A DNA stretch of 32,000 nucleotides, from positions 1,380,001-1,412,000 of the forward strand of contig CP060262.1 in assembly GCA_022646745.1 (NCBI GenBank). Reading direction: 5' to 3'. The notes beneath the pieces were generated by a model, which saw only the letters and a list, made by a program, of their open reading frames with translations, did not search any database and was not told the origin of the DNA. The number at the start of each line of letters is the position of its first letter. Position 1 is the first letter of the stretch. Source of the DNA: Planctomycetales bacterium (GTDB taxonomy: Bacteria; 4484-113; JAFGCY01). Positions 30,929-32,000 of this stretch are shown one piece after another. The translations under genes were made by a program, and so were the position numbers.

Positions 30929-32000
30929 TTCATACCTCCGATGCCCTGCACCGGCCTGATCTGCTTCTTTGTGTCAAGCAGCTCGATTGTCAGCTGCTGC
31001 ACCCGCTCATGGTTGCCACGCTGCTCCTCCTGCTTCATCTCACGCAGCAGCTCGGCCACGCGCCGCTCGAGGAAGATGTTGCAGTGCCGGCGGATCAGCA
31101 TGTCCGCGCTGGACTCCTGTTCCTCCTCCTGCGGCCGGCTGAGCAGCTCAGCGAAGAAGCGCCGCCAGCGGTCGTCATGCACCACCCGGTCCGGCTTCTC
31201 CTGCTCGAGCAGCAGTGCATTGTAGATCTCGCGGTGCAGCCCGTTCACGAACCATTCCGGCTGGGCGATGCGCAGGTAGATGAAGCGGAACTCGTCATCC
31301 GTTGCCAGCCTGCGCAGCACCTCGCGCTCGACGGGCTGGCTGCCCTGCATCGCGGCGCGGTTGCGGGCATCCTCCACCAGCGCGCGGCGGTGCAGCTGCT
31401 CGCTCTCCTCCACGTCCTCGGTCCAGCCGGGACGGATGTTCACGAGCCCCTTGCGCCGCTCCTCGCGCTGCAGCTTGCGGTAGCGGTCCTGTGCCAGGCG
31501 CTGCTTGTCAATCGCGCGCCCCGCCTGCCGCGGCTGGACGTTGCCACTGAGCAGCTGGCTGACGATCTCCGGGCGCAGCAGCAGGTGGTCCGCCAGCTGG
31601 CGGCGAATGTCCTCGCGCAGCAGCTCGTCCGAGATGCCCATGTACAGCGGCCGCAGCTCAGCGATCCAGGCCCGCCTGAGCGGCAGGTCCGCATCCGGGT
31701 GCGCGGCCAGCTGGTGCTCCAGCCAGAACTGCACCACGCCGCGTGACTCGCTCAGCAGGCCCTTCCAGGCTGCGTTGCCACGTTCGCGCACGAAGTCATC
31801 GGGATCCATCCCGCCCGGGATCACCACCACCCGCGCGTCGATCCCCTCGCCGAGGAACAGCTTGCCGGCTTTCCAGGCCGCGCTGCGCCCGGCGTTGTCA
31901 CCGTCGAAGGCGAGGTAGACGCGTTCGGTGTAGCTGCGGATCTGGGCTACATGCTCCGGGGTCAGCGCCGTGCCGCAGGTCGCCACCGCATTGGCAACGC
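30925..32000 (-). CDS. dnaG: DNA primase DnaG, TOPRIM plus C-terminal region (partial; N-terminus lies beyond the window)
   Basis: The frame stays open to position 32000 (...VANAVATCGTALTPEHV). TOPRIM motif LAFDGDNAGRSAAWKA and IPGGMDPDDF. 4-nt overlap with the downstream gene. Confidence 0.88.
   Translation of the reverse strand, partial: VANAVATCGTALTPEHVAQIRSYTERVYLAFDGDNAGRSAAWKAGKLFLGEGIDARVVVIPGGMDPDDFVRERGNAAWKGLLSESRGVVQFWLEHQLAAHPDADLPLRRAWIAELRPLYMGISDELLREDIRRQLADHLLLRPEIVSQLLSGNVQPRQAGRAIDKQRLAQDRYRKLQREERRKGLVNIRPGWTEDVEESEQLHRRALVEDARNRAAMQGSQPVEREVLRRLATDDEFRFIYLRIAQPEWFVNGLHREIYNALLLEQEKPDRVVHDDRWRRFFAELLSRPQEEEQESSADMLIRRHCNIFLERRVAELLREMKQEEQRGNHERVQQLTIELLDTKKQIRPVQGIGGMN

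Overview
GC-rich (by eye, well above 60%) bacterial chromosomal segment. The organism is probably diderm, given MlaEFD lipid-transport genes and an LptA/OstA-like periplasmic protein. I cannot place it taxonomically from the sequence alone. I support about 24 protein-coding genes. Housekeeping genes are leuS, rho (with a long R/D-rich N-terminal insert), dnaG (partial, runs off the 3' edge), pdxT, a two-subunit KorAB-type 2-oxoacid:ferredoxin oxidoreductase, mlaE-mlaF-mlaD and an SDR oxidoreductase. Accessory content falls into three groups. (i) An ECF sigma factor, a putative anti-sigma factor and two paralogous membrane-anchored PQQ-like beta-propeller proteins. (ii) A degenerate HD-GYP protein, an NTP-transferase-like protein and a secreted protein. 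(iii) A VIT-vWA protein followed by a three-gene cassette: a small coiled-coil protein plus two tandem paralogous polytopic membrane proteins. I found no rRNA, tRNA, CRISPR array, transposase, integrase or reverse transcriptase. Many long ORFs in the track are antisense shadows of real genes, as expected in high-GC DNA. The most unusual material is non-coding. The intergenic regions at 541-1346, 25741-25882, 26270-26389 and 29458-29623 are lower in GC and are built from degenerate tandem heptanucleotide units arranged as long imperfect hairpins. Two clearly homologous copies of one such composite element lie in inverted orientation and bracket the three-gene cassette. The two membrane-protein paralogs inside it share an almost invariant 84-nt 5' module, while the rest of the genes have diverged strongly. 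A second recurring feature is a TAnnnT hexamer 6-8 nt upstream of many start codons, which suggests widespread leaderless transcription. All functional assignments rest on motif recognition by eye. No database search was run.
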